From assembly GCA_963715985.1 (NCBI GenBank), contig CAVQSP010000014.1, forward strand, positions 32,001-96,000: 64,000 nt of DNA, given 5' to 3'. Position numbers and translations under genes: made by a program. The DNA is from an uncultured Thermoleophilia bacterium. Lineage in GTDB: Bacteria > Actinomycetota > Thermoleophilia > UBA2241. Positions 1 to 10,300 of this stretch are shown here, one piece after another. Each line of letters starts with the position of its first letter. Within the stretch, counting starts at the first letter, position 1. The notes beneath the pieces are model-generated. The model was not told the DNA's origin. It ran no database searches and saw nothing but the letters and a program-made list of their open reading frames with translations.

Positions 1-2
1 AG

Positions 3-1019
3 CCGATCGCGCTCAACGACTGCGCGACCTGCCACGACGGCAAGATCGCCCGGGCGCCGTCCAAACACGAGAGCTATGGCACGGCGTGCACCAGTTGTCA
101 CAAGGGCATGGACATCCCGTCGGGCAGCTGCCTCACGTGCCACAGCAAGGCGCAGGGCAAGCTCCCGCCGGTGACGTACACGAACGAGTTGTCCTGCGCC
201 GACGCGCAGTGCCACGGCAAGATCAAGAACCACGCCGGCACCAGCATCGCCGCCGCCTCCTGCACCACGTGCCACAAGGCGCACTACGAGAAGCTCGGCA
301 AGTGCTCCACGTGCCATGCCGAGCCGCTCAAGTACCACCACGGTACGACCAGGGCCGTGCCGCTCAAGGAGTGCGCCACCTGCCACAACGGCACGCTCGC
401 GCCGGCAAAGCAGTCCCACGCCGGTCTCTCGTGCAGCTCGTGCCACGAGACGATGGCGGCTCCTCGCGTGCCCGCCAAGTGCCAGACCTGCCACGAGAAG
501 GCGACCTTCGGCTCGGCCACCTGCACCGCCTGCCACAGCAAGACCTCGGGCATGTTCGGCGACAGGGAGCAGGTCCACCTCAAGGACCCCAAGGTCGCCT
601 GCACCACCTGCCACGACAAGCCGCACTACCAGGACGTCGGCACCTGCGACAGCTGCCACGGCAGCCACGCGGAAGCCCATCACGCGCAGGCCACGCCGGC
701 CCCCACCAAGCTCACGGTCAGGGTCTCCAAGAAGCGCGTGAAGACGGGCACGACGATCCGTGTCGGCGGCACCCTCACCGGCGCCGCCGGCCCTCTGGCC
801 GACCAGAAGGTCCTGCTCCAGGCGCGCAAGAGCTCGGTCAAGGGCAGCGCCTTCAAGACCGTCTCCACGCTGACCACCGGCGCCGACGGCAAGTACGGGC
901 GCGCCCTGCGCGTGCGCACCTCGATGCAGTACCGCGTTGTCTTCAAGGCCGCCGGCGACATCGGCCTCCAGCAGGATCCGGCGGTCAAGCTCGCCAGAGT
1001 GCGGGTGACGCGTCGCTGA
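3..1019 (+). CDS. Multiheme c-type cytochrome (5'-truncated by window) with C-terminal basic beta-sandwich-like domain
   Basis: Frame is open from base 3. It contains 11 CxxCH motifs (CATCH, CTSCH, CLTCH, CTTCH, CSTCH, CATCH, CSSCH, CQTCH, CTACH, CTTCH, CDSCH) plus one CxxxxCH (CADAQCH). The last ~105 aa are heme-free and Lys/Arg/Thr/Val-rich. Confidence 0.9.
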   Translation, partial: PIALNDCATCHDGKIARAPSKHESYGTACTSCHKGMDIPSGSCLTCHSKAQGKLPPVTYTNELSCADAQCHGKIKNHAGTSIAAASCTTCHKAHYEKLGKCSTCHAEPLKYHHGTTRAVPLKECATCHNGTLAPAKQSHAGLSCSSCHETMAAPRVPAKCQTCHEKATFGSATCTACHSKTSGMFGDREQVHLKDPKVACTTCHDKPHYQDVGTCDSCHGSHAEAHHAQATPAPTKLTVRVSKKRVKTGTTIRVGGTLTGAAGPLADQKVLLQARKSSVKGSAFKTVSTLTTGADGKYGRALRVRTSMQYRVVFKAAGDIGLQQDPAVKLARVRVTRR

Positions 1020-1024
1020 CGTGA

Positions 1025-1066
1025 GCGCCGGGCGGGCGGGGACGCCCGCCCGGCGCCCTTCTGTTC
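1025..1066 (+). terminator. Intrinsic terminator-like hairpin
   Basis: gcgccgggcgggcg-ggga-cgcccgcccggcgc followed by ccttctgtt, immediately after the cytochrome stop. Confidence 0.65.
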
Positions 1067-1104
1067 GACGCCCACACCGGCGTCGTGTATACTCCCCTGC
1101 GCCA

Positions 1105-1208
1105 TCAAGCGGGAGCTTGCGAGCCCCCCACCCTGCGCCCTCAGTTGGTCGACAGGGTCCGTCACGAGAAAGGAGATCGTGAGGGCTCGCCGTCGGCGAG
1201 CCTTTTTC
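1105..1208 (+). promoter_or_regulatory. L20-type ribosomal protein leader / attenuator upstream of infC-rpmI-rplT
   Basis: aagcgggag...ccccaccc resembles the Firmicutes L20 leader. Terminator ggctcgcc-gtc-ggcgagcc-ttttt at 1184-1207; its 5' arm can alternatively pair with gcgagccc (1119-1126). TATACT -10 at ~1088. Confidence 0.6.
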
Positions 1209-1213
1209 CGTCT

Positions 1214-1771
1214 ATGGGCAGACCATTTTCTCCGAGAGATAGGTTCATGCGAGAGCGGGCCAACGAGCCACGCATCCGCATCAACGACGGCATCACCGTG
1301 TCGCAGGTCCGACTGATCGATGAGAAGGGCGAGCAACTCGGCATCAAGCCCATCCGCTTCGCCCAGGACTACGCGGCCGACAAGGGCCTCGACCTGGTCG
1401 AGGTAGCGGCTCAGGCAGACCCACCGGTGTGCCGGGTCATGAACTACAGCAAGTACCGCTACGAGCTCGAGCTCAAGGCGAAGCAGGCGCGCAAGCATCA
1501 GAGCCAGATCGTGATCAAAGAGATCAAGTTCCGGCCCAAGGTGGGCGTGCACGACTACGAGACCAAGAAGGGCCACGTGCTGCGCTTCCTGGAGCACAAG
1601 GACAAGGTCAAGGTCACGATCATGTTCCGCGGCCGTGAGATGGTCCATCCCGAGCGGGGCGAGCAGCTGCTCATGCGGCTCGCCGAAGATGTCAAAGAAC
1701 ACGGCGTCATCGAGTCCATGCCCAATCTCGACGGGCGCAACATGGTCATGATGCTGGCGCCGGTGAAGTAG
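1214..1771 (+). CDS. infC: Translation initiation factor IF-3 (start 1214 or 1247)
   Basis: RINDGI..VRLIDEKGEQLG, LDLVEVA..PPVCRVM and KEIKFRPK..HDYETK motifs. Confidence 0.97.
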   Translation: MGRPFSPRDRFMRERANEPRIRINDGITVSQVRLIDEKGEQLGIKPIRFAQDYAADKGLDLVEVAAQADPPVCRVMNYSKYRYELELKAKQARKHQSQIVIKEIKFRPKVGVHDYETKKGHVLRFLEHKDKVKVTIMFRGREMVHPERGEQLLMRLAEDVKEHGVIESMPNLDGRNMVMMLAPVK

Positions 1772-1786
1772 CGGGAGAGGGTGCGT

Positions 1787-1984
1787 ATGCCGAAGACAAA
1801 GACACACAGCGCCACGAAGAAGCGCTTTCGTCTCACGGGCAGCGGCAAGCTTGTCCGTCGCCATGGGATGAAGAGTCACCTCCTGGAGCACAAGTCCGCG
1901 AAGCGCAAGCGGGGCTTCCGCAAGATGAACGACGTCAGCCAGGCCGATTCCAAGGGGATCAAGCGCCTGCTCGGGCTCCGCTGA
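1787..1984 (+). CDS. rpmI: 50S ribosomal protein L35
   Basis: [28 protein letters not shown]; lies between infC and rplT. Confidence 0.97.
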   Translation: MPKTKTHSATKKRFRLTGSGKLVRRHGMKSHLLEHKSAKRKRGFRKMNDVSQADSKGIKRLLGLR

Positions 1985-2013
1985 GCCCGCACTAGTTCCA
2001 AGGAGTACGAACA

Positions 2014-2376
2014 ATGTCTCGAGTCAAACGAAGCGTCTCCGCGCGCAAGAAGCGCCGCAAGGTCCTCGAGCAGGCCAAGGGCTACCGCGCTACTAAGAAC
2101 TCCAGTTACAAGCGCGCCAAGGAGCAGGTACAGCGCAGCGGCCAGTACGCCTATCGCGACCGCCGCGTGCGCAAGCGTGAGTTCCGCAAGCTGTGGATCA
2201 TCCGTATCAATGCGGGCGCCCGCGAGAACGGCCTCTCGTACAACCAGTTCATGCACGGCCTCCAACTCGCCGACGTGGAGCTCGATCGCAAGATGCTGGC
2301 CGAGATCGCCGTCAGCGATCCCAAGTACTTCGCCTCGCTCGTCGATCAGGCGCGCGCGGCCCTCGAAGCGGCCTGA
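2014..2376 (+). CDS. rplT: 50S ribosomal protein L20
   Basis: [43 protein letters not shown]. Confidence 0.98.
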   Translation: MSRVKRSVSARKKRRKVLEQAKGYRATKNSSYKRAKEQVQRSGQYAYRDRRVRKREFRKLWIIRINAGARENGLSYNQFMHGLQLADVELDRKMLAEIAVSDPKYFASLVDQARAALEAA

Positions 2377-2399
2377 GCGCCGGCGGGGCAGGCGAGCAG

Positions 2400-3272
2400 C
2401 TTGGGGTTTTAGGCGAGCCACTCGGCAGCACGCAGAACGCCCTCGTCAAGAGGGCGGCGTCGCTGCGGCAGCGTAAGTTCCGTGAACGGGAAGGCGCCTT
2501 CCTCGTGGAAGGCGCCGACCTCGTCGCGGCCGGCCTCGCGGCCGGCCGCCGGCCCCAGGTCGTGTTCGTGCGCGCGGAGCGCGCCGACGACCTGGTCGAG
2601 CGGCTGGGGCTGAGCGGCGGCGGCGCTGCCGCCGGCCCGCCACCGGCCGTGTACCCGGTCGCCGAGCACGTCGCACACAAGATCGGCACGCTCGAGTCGC
2701 CGGCCGACGTGCTGGCCGTGTTCGACCTGCCCGCGCGGCGGCCGTTCACGCTGGCGCCGGGCGCCACGGACACGCTGGTCGTGTACGCCGACGGCATCGG
2801 CGACCCCGGCAATCTGGGCACGCTCCTGCGTGCCGCCGTCGCCTTCGGCGCCGCCGCGTTCGTCACGGCGCCGGGGTCCGCCGACCTGTACGGCCCCAAG
2901 ACGGTGCGCGCCGGCATGGGCGCAGTGTTCGCGCTGCCGCTCTACCCGGAGGTCAAGCTCGCCGACCTCGTCGCGCGCCTGCCGGGCGCCGGCGTATACG
3001 GGCTCGCCGCCCACGGCGGCGAGCCGCTCTCCGGCGCCGATCTGCGGTGCCCGGCCGTCCTCGTGGTGGGCGCCGAGCGCGCCGGCGTCTCCGAGCAGGC
3101 GCGCCCGCTCGTCACGCGCACGCTCACCATCCCGCTGGCGCCGGACCGCCCCGCCTCCGTGGAGTCTCTCAACGCCGGCGTGGCCGGCGCCATCGCCCTG
3201 TACGAGTTCTCGCGCCACCTCGGCGCCGCCAACGACCCGCCGCCCACGCCCGCGGCGCCCCAGGAAGGATGA
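2400..3272 (+). CDS. TrmH/SpoU family RNA methyltransferase (start approximate)
   Basis: FLVEG, DPGNLGTLLR, GAERAG and ESLNAGVA SPOUT motifs; usual rplT-trmH-pheS synteny. Confidence 0.9.
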   Translation, partial: LGVLGEPLGSTQNALVKRAASLRQRKFREREGAFLVEGADLVAAGLAAGRRPQVVFVRAERADDLVERLGLSGGGAAAGPPPAVYPVAEHVAHKIGTLESPADVLAVFDLPARRPFTLAPGATDTLVVYADGIGDPGNLGTLLRAAVAFGAAAFVTAPGSADLYGPKTVRAGMGAVFALPLYPEVKLADLVARLPGAGVYGLAAHGGEPLSGADLRCPAVLVVGAERAGVSEQARPLVTRTLTIPLAPDRPASVESLNAGVAGAIALYEFSRHLGAANDPPPTPAAPQEG

Positions 3273-4366
3273 CCATGGACGACGCCCACCTGCAGGAGCT
3301 GAAGCAGCGAGCCCCGGGTCTGGCGGCCATCTACCACACCGGCCGCGAGACCATCCTGCACGCCGCCGACCTCGAGGCGCTCGAGCACGCCCGCGTCACC
3401 ACGCTCGGGCGCAAGAGCGCCCTCACCGACCTCTTGCGCTCGATCCCGTCGCTGCCCGAGGCCGAGCGGCCCCTGGTGGGCAAGGGCGGCAACCTCATCC
3501 GCAAGGAGCTCGAGGAGCTCGTGGAGCAGCGCGAGGCCGAGCTCAAGCGCGAGGCGCTCACGGCCTCTCTGGAGGGCGAGCACCTGGACGTCACGCTGCC
3601 AGGACAGGCGTTCCCGGCGGGCCACGAGCACCTCATCAGCCAGACGATGCGCGAGGTGGAGGACATCTTCATCGGCCTCGGATACCAGATCGCGGAGGGC
3701 CCGGAGGTCGAGCTCGACTACTACAACTTCACCGCCCTCAACACGCCGCCCAGCCACCCCGCACGGTCCGCCCACGACACCTTCTGGGTCGTCGAGCAGC
3801 GCGAGACCATGCCCGAGGCGGTCGTGGACGCCGACCGTGGCGTCCTGCTGCGCACCCACACCTCGCCCGTCCAGGTGCGCGTCATGGAGCAGCAGCAGCC
3901 GCCGGTGTACGTGGTGTGCCTCGGCAAGGTGTACCGGCGCGACTCGGACGCCACGCACACGCCCATGTTCCACCAGGTCGAGGGCCTCGTCGTGGACGAG
4001 GGCATCACTCTGGCCGACCTCAAGGGCACCGTGGCGCATTTCACGCGCGAGTTCTTCGGGCCGCACCGCAGCATCCGCGTGCGGCCGCACTTCTTCCCGT
4101 TCACGGAGCCCAGCATAGAGGTCGACGTCAACTGCGAGCTGTGCGGCGGCACGGGCTGCCGCTCGTGCAAGCACTCCGGCTGGCTGGAGATCATGGGTGC
4201 CGGCATGGTGGACCCGGCGCTGTACGAGTTCGTCGACTACGACGCGGAGCGCTACACGGGCTTCGCCTTCGGCATGGGCGTGGAACGCATGGCGATGCTG
4301 AAGCACGGCATCCCCGACCTGCGCCTGTTCTACGACAACGACGTCCGCTTCCTGCGGCAGTTCTGA
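3269..4366 (+). CDS. pheS: Phenylalanyl-tRNA synthetase alpha subunit
   Basis: HPARSAHDTF, LLRTHTSPVQ, HTPMFHQVEG, FPFTEPS, GFAFGMGVER. Confidence 0.98.
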   Translation: MTMDDAHLQELKQRAPGLAAIYHTGRETILHAADLEALEHARVTTLGRKSALTDLLRSIPSLPEAERPLVGKGGNLIRKELEELVEQREAELKREALTASLEGEHLDVTLPGQAFPAGHEHLISQTMREVEDIFIGLGYQIAEGPEVELDYYNFTALNTPPSHPARSAHDTFWVVEQRETMPEAVVDADRGVLLRTHTSPVQVRVMEQQQPPVYVVCLGKVYRRDSDATHTPMFHQVEGLVVDEGITLADLKGTVAHFTREFFGPHRSIRVRPHFFPFTEPSIEVDVNCELCGGTGCRSCKHSGWLEIMGAGMVDPALYEFVDYDAERYTGFAFGMGVERMAMLKHGIPDLRLFYDNDVRFLRQF

Positions 4367-4382
4367 GAGGAGGCGGAAAGAG

Positions 4383-6857
4383 ATGCGCGTACCGTTCAGC
4401 TGGATCAAGGAGTACGTCGACTGGCGCGGCACCGTGGAGGAGCTCGCGGAGCTGCTCACCATGTCGGGCACCGAGGTGGAGGGCATCGACTGGGTCGGCG
4501 CCCCTCGCGACCCCGAGAACCTCCGCCGCTTCGTGGTGGGCAAGGTGCTCACCCGCGACCGGCACCCCAACGCCGACAAGCTGAGCCTCTGCACCGTGGA
4601 GGTCGGCGAGGCCAACGGCGGTGTGCGGCAGATCGTCTGCGGCGCCGACAACTTCCAGGCCGGCGACACCGTCGCCGTGTCGCTCAGCGGCGCCGTGCTC
4701 GAGAACGGCCTCAAGCTCAAGAAGGCCAACCTGCGCGGCGTCGAGAGTGACGGCATGATGATGAGCGAGCAGGAGCTCGGGTACGAGGAGAAGAGCCCGG
4801 GCATCGTCGTGCTGCCGGACGAGTGGATCGTCGGGCAGCCGCTGCAGGACTACCTGCCCGTGAGCGAGGCGGTGCTCGAGCTGGAGCTCACCTCCAACCG
4901 CCCGGACTGCTTCAGCATCTACGGCATCGCCCGCGAGGTCGCGGCGGCGGCCCGCCTGGAGCTGGCGCCGCCGCCCACCGCCGGCCCGGCGGCCTTCGGC
5001 GGCGCCCCGGCTGAGGGCGCCATCGTCGTCGAGATCGCCGACCCGGACCTCTGCCCCCGGTACGGCGCCACCGTCATTCGCGGCGTCGCCATGGGCGACT
5101 CGCCGCCGTGGCTCAAGGCGCGTCTCACGCACGCCGGCATGCGGCCGATCAGCAACGTCGTCGACGTCACCAACTACGTCATGCTGGCCTGGGGCCAGCC
5201 CTTGCATGCGTTCGACGCCGGCAAGATCCGCGGCGACAAGCTCATCGCCCGTCGCGCCACCCCCGGCGAGAAGGTCGTCACCCTCGACGGGGTGGAGCGC
5301 ACTCTCGACGAGCACATGCTCGTCATCGCCGACGTGGAGCGCCCGCTGGTCATCGCCGGCGTCTTCGGCAGCGTCGACGCCGAGATCGACGAGCACACCG
5401 CGGACATCGTGCTCGAAGCCGCCAACTTCGCCGGCCCGAGCATCCTGCGCACGGAGATGCACACCGGCATCCGTAGTGAGGCCAGCAACCGCTTCGAGAA
5501 GGGCATCGACGCCGATCTCGTGCCGGGCGCGCTGGACTTCGCCGACAGGCTGTTCGCGGAGCTCTGCGGCGGCACGGTCGCGCCGGGCATGGTCGATGTC
5601 GGCAGCGTGCCGAGCGGCGCCCACGGCGCTGTCGTACCGGCCGGCCAGGAGCGACACCCTGCTCGGCTACGCGGTGCCTGCCGCCGAGCAGGCGGGCATC
5701 CTGCGCCGTCTTGACTGCGAGGTGGAGGAGAACGGGGAGGAGTGGGCGGTCACGCCGCCTACATTCCGCCCGGACCTCATCCGCGAGGTGGACCTCATCG
5801 AAGAGGTCGGGCGCATCGCCGGCTACGACCTCTCGCCGGAGACGCTGCCGCGGCACACCACGTGCGGCGGGCTCACCGAGCTGCAGAAGGTGCGGCGCAC
5901 GGTGCGCGCCGCCCTCGCCGGCTGCGGCCTGGACGAGGTCATCACCTACTCGTTCGTGGCTCCCGATGCGGTGGCGCCGTTCGGGCTGCCTGAGGGCGAC
6001 ATCCGCCTGGACCCGGTGCGTCTCTCCAACCCGATGAGCGTCGAGCAGTCGGTGATGCGCACCATGACGCTGCCGGGCCTGCTCGGCGTGGTGCGCGCCA
6101 ACATCGACAGGCTCAACGACCCGCCCAACATCTTCGAGATCGGCAAGGTGTACCTGTGGGACGAGCCCGTCCCGGCGCCGGCGCACGCCGCCGAACCCGG
6201 CGCCATGCTCCCGCACGAGCCCGAGGTCGTCGGCATCGTGCTCGCCGGTCTGCTGGAGGCTGAGAACTGGACGGGCGCGTGCCGCCCCACGGACTTCTAC
6301 ACGCTCAAGGGCGTCGTGGACGCGATGCTCGCGGCCGTGCGGCTGCGCGGCGAGTACACGCCGCTCGGCGACCAGGCTGCCCACTTCCCCTACCTGCATC
6401 CCGGCAAGGCGGCGCTGGTCAACGTGCCGGGCGCCGGCGGCACGGGTGTGCTGGGGCAACTGCGCCCGGACGTGGCCGCCGCCTTCGGCCTGGAAGACCT
6501 CGCCGTGTACGTCGCCACGCTCAACGGACGCTTCGCGACGCCGCCCTGCAGACGGCGGCCTTCGCCGACCTCGGCACGTACCCGCCGGCGTCGCAGGACC
6601 TCGCCGTCGTGGTCGGCCGCGGCGTGCCGGCCGCCGACGTCGTGGAGCAGGCGCGCCGCGCCGGCGGCAAGCTGGTGCGCAGCGTGCGCGTCTTCGACGT
6701 GTACGAGGGCGACCAGGTGCCGGGCGACAAGCGCTCTCTGGCCCTGCGCGTCGTCATGGGCTCGCCGGAGCGCACGCTGACGGAGAAGGACATCGCCGGC
6801 GTACGCGCCAAGATCCTCAAAGCGCTCGAGCGGGAGTTCCAGGCCACGCTGCGCTGA
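4383..6857 (+). CDS. pheT: Phenylalanyl-tRNA synthetase beta subunit (frameshifts at ~5610 and ~6540, likely sequencing errors)
   Basis: HPNADKL, IVCGADN, NRPDC, ASNRFEKG, REVDLIEEVGRI and C-terminal FDVYEG..SLALR spread over three frames. Confidence 0.95.
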
Positions 6858-7393
6858 TCGGCGCAGCTCGCCTCGGTCGTCAACCCGACGATGATAGGTG
6901 CAGCCCTGATTCCGGGCATCCGTTGTCAGGTCAGGCGACGCATTCCCTTTTCGTGGACGTGACCACTCGAGTAGGATGCGCGGGAGAGAGGCGTTCGAAG
7001 GGTCTTCGCAGGTGGGCAGTAGGTGGCTTGGGCAAGCCACACCACTACCCTCGATGCCGGCCATCGGTGCGGGGACCCTGCGAATCTGAGGGGAACATGG
7101 GGTACCGCCCAGTCGACAGTCGTTGCGCACCTTCCCCGACGATCTCGCAGACGTCGGCCGGCGGCCTGGAAATGCCGCCCCGTTCATCTGTGAGGGATCG
7201 GCGGGCTATCGCGCGTCGCGTGCCGGCGCCGCCTCGCCTCTCGACCTCACCGCCCGCCACTACCCGTCAATCTCGCTTCCCGCGCTCGACGAGTCCGTCC
7301 GGCGCGCTCTGCACGCTGCCGCTTGAGGGTACCGCGGCATCTCTGCCTCGCGACCGTGGGTCGCGGGCGGCCTTCTGAAGGGGGTAAGGGGTA

Positions 7394-10300
7394 ATGGAGA
7401 AACCAAAACATTCACACGCTCTCGCCTACGTCCTGATCATCGCGCTGGTGCTGTTAGGCGCCTTCTCAGCCATAGCGGCCGCGGCGTCCGAGCGCAGCCC
7501 GGAAGCCTCGGCGTCCTCGGCTTCCGGGCAAGGCTCGGCAGACAACGCCGCCTCGAGCACTCGTCTGATGGCCGCGGCGGGTCCCTTGGCGGCCAGTGTC
7601 ACGGTCATCAAGGAAGTGGCACTGAACACTCCGGAGTTCCTCGACGAGCCGGGCGGTGCCTTCACCTTCACCCTGACGATCTCGAACCTGGGCGCTGATG
7701 CAGTGACGGTCCAGACCGTCACGGACATCCTGGACGGTCAGCCGCTGGTTCCGACGCCACCAGAGCTGCTGGTGTTGGAGGGGCAGCCGATCCCATCGAA
7801 CGGGTCCCTGACCGCGACCTTCTCGATCGTGGTGAAGGAGCCGGTGGACGGTAACGGCACTCCTCACGAGAACGGTGCCGAGGTCACGGTGGTCGACGCC
7901 CAGAACGTGCCCACGACGGTCGTCACGGACTCGCCGGCGTACTTCTGGGTCGATGATCTACGCCCCACCGTCACCATCCAGAGGCTCATCACGTCGCAGC
8001 CACCGTTCCTCGAGCTGGCCACGGTCAACTACACGCTTCGCATCACCAACACGAGCGTCGAGCCGGTCCTGATCACCCAGCTCGTGGATACCTTCCAGCC
8101 GACGAACTCGTTTCCCGGCATCGTCGGCAAGACGTGGCTGCAGCCAAACGGGTTCCTGGACATCCCGCTCACGGTCGGTCCTCTCGACGCCGGCGGCTAC
8201 TACGAGTGGGCCGAGGTCGTGGTGGAAGACAACGAAGGCAACCAGGTCACGCAGAGTGACAACCGCTTCCCCACCACTCTCACTCTGAGGGTGCAGGACG
8301 TCTTCCCGACGGTCACCATCTCCAAGACGGTCGACAGGACCTCGCTTCCTGCGCCTGCGACATTCAACTACACGCTCATCATCACGAACACGAGCCCTGA
8401 GCGTGTCCAAATCACCGACCTCTCCGACTCGCAATCCTTCGACCCCGGAGGCTGGGTCGGGGAATGGCTTGCCGCGGGCGAGGTCCTCTCTATTCCGTAC
8501 TCGGTCACCTATGACGCACCGGGGACATACGTGAACGACGTGTGGCTGTCGGTCATGGACAACGAGCTCAACCAGTTCGACGCCCCCATCGCCTCGCAGT
8601 CGGTCACGGTGGTCCCCGCGGCCCCGGCGCTCTCGCTGGTCAAGAGCGCGAGCCCGGCGACCTACGACACACTCGGCCAGGTGATCACCTACAGTTACAC
8701 CTTGACCAACACCGGCAACGTGACGCTGGTCGGGCCCTTCACGGTGACCGACGACAAGGCGGTGGCGGCTCCCACGCTGCCGCTGCCCATCACCTTGGCT
8801 CCGGCCGCCAGCATCGACTTCTCGGCCACCCACACGATCACCCAGGCCGACCTCGACGCCGGCTCGGTGAAGAACACCGCCACCGGCGCCGGGAAGTTCG
8901 GCAACGCCACCGTGACCTCCAACCAGGCGACGGCCACCGTGACCGCCACCCAGACCCCGGCGCTCTCGCTGGTCAAGAGCGCGAGCCCGGCGACCTACGA
9001 CGCCGCCGGCCAGACCATCACCTACACCTACGTGCTGAAGAACACCGGCAACGTCACCCTCGCCGGCCCCTTCTCGGTCGCCGACGACAAGGTGACCGTG
9101 CCCGCCGCCGCCGGCCCCCTGGCGCCCGGTGCCTCGGTGCAGACCTCGGCCACCTACACCGTCACCCCGGCCGACCTCGACGCCGGCTCGGTGACCAACG
9201 CCGCCACAGCCTCGACCACGCTCGGTGGCAACCCGGTGACCTCCAACCAGGCGACGGCCACCGTGACCGCCACCCAGGCCCCGGCGCTCTCGCTGGTCAA
9301 GAGCGCGAGCCCGGCGACCTACGACACACTCGGCCAGGTGATCACCTACAGTTACACCTTGACCAACACCGGCAACGTGACGCTGGTCGGGCCCTTCACG
9401 GTGACCGACGACAAGGCGGTGGCGGCTCCCACGCTGCCGCTGCCCATCACCTTGGCTCCGGCCGCCAGCATCGACTTCTCGGCCACCCACACGATCACCC
9501 AGGCCGACCTCGACGCCGGCTCGGTGAAGAACACCGCCACCGGCGCCGGGAAGTTCGGCAACGCCACCGTGACCTCCAACCAGGCGACGGCCACCGTGAC
9601 CGCCACCCAGACCCCGGCGCTCTCGCTGATCAAGAGCGCGAGCCCGGCGACCTACGACGCCGCCGGCCAGACCATCACCTACACCTACGTGCTGAAGAAC
9701 ACCGGCAACGTCACCCTCGCCGGCCCCTTCTCGGTCACCGACGACAAGGTCGCGCCGGCGGACATCACCGTTCCTGCGACGCCGACCAGCCTGGCGCCCA
9801 ACGCCAGCATCACCGTCACCGGCGCCTACAAGATCACCCAGGCCGACCTCGACGCCGGCTCGGTGAAGAACACCGCCACCGGCGCCGGGAAGTTCGGCAA
9901 CGCCACCGTGACCTCCAACCAGGCGACGGCCACCGTGACCGCCACCCAGGCCCCGGCGCTCTCGCTGACCAAGAGCGCGAGCCCGGCGACCTACGACACA
10001 CTCGGCCAGGTGATCACCTACACCTACGTGCTGAAGAACACCGGCAACGTCACCCTCGCCGGCCCCTTCTCGGTCACCGACGACAAGGTCGCGCCGGCGG
10101 ACATCACCGTTCCTGCGACGCCGACCAGCCTGGCGCCCAACGCCAGCATCACCGTCACCGGCGCCTACAAGATCACCCAGGCCGACCTCGACGCCGGCTC
10201 GGTGAAGAACACCGCCACCGGTCACGCCGCCTTCGGCGGCAAGGACGTGCCCTCGAACAGAGCCAGTGCCACGATCACCGCGGCTTGCTGCGTCACGGCG

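Noticed and set aside
8621-10280. Possible CRISPR or mobile repeat
   Set aside because: The repeats are in-frame protein domains of ~330 bp with no unique spacers or transposase.
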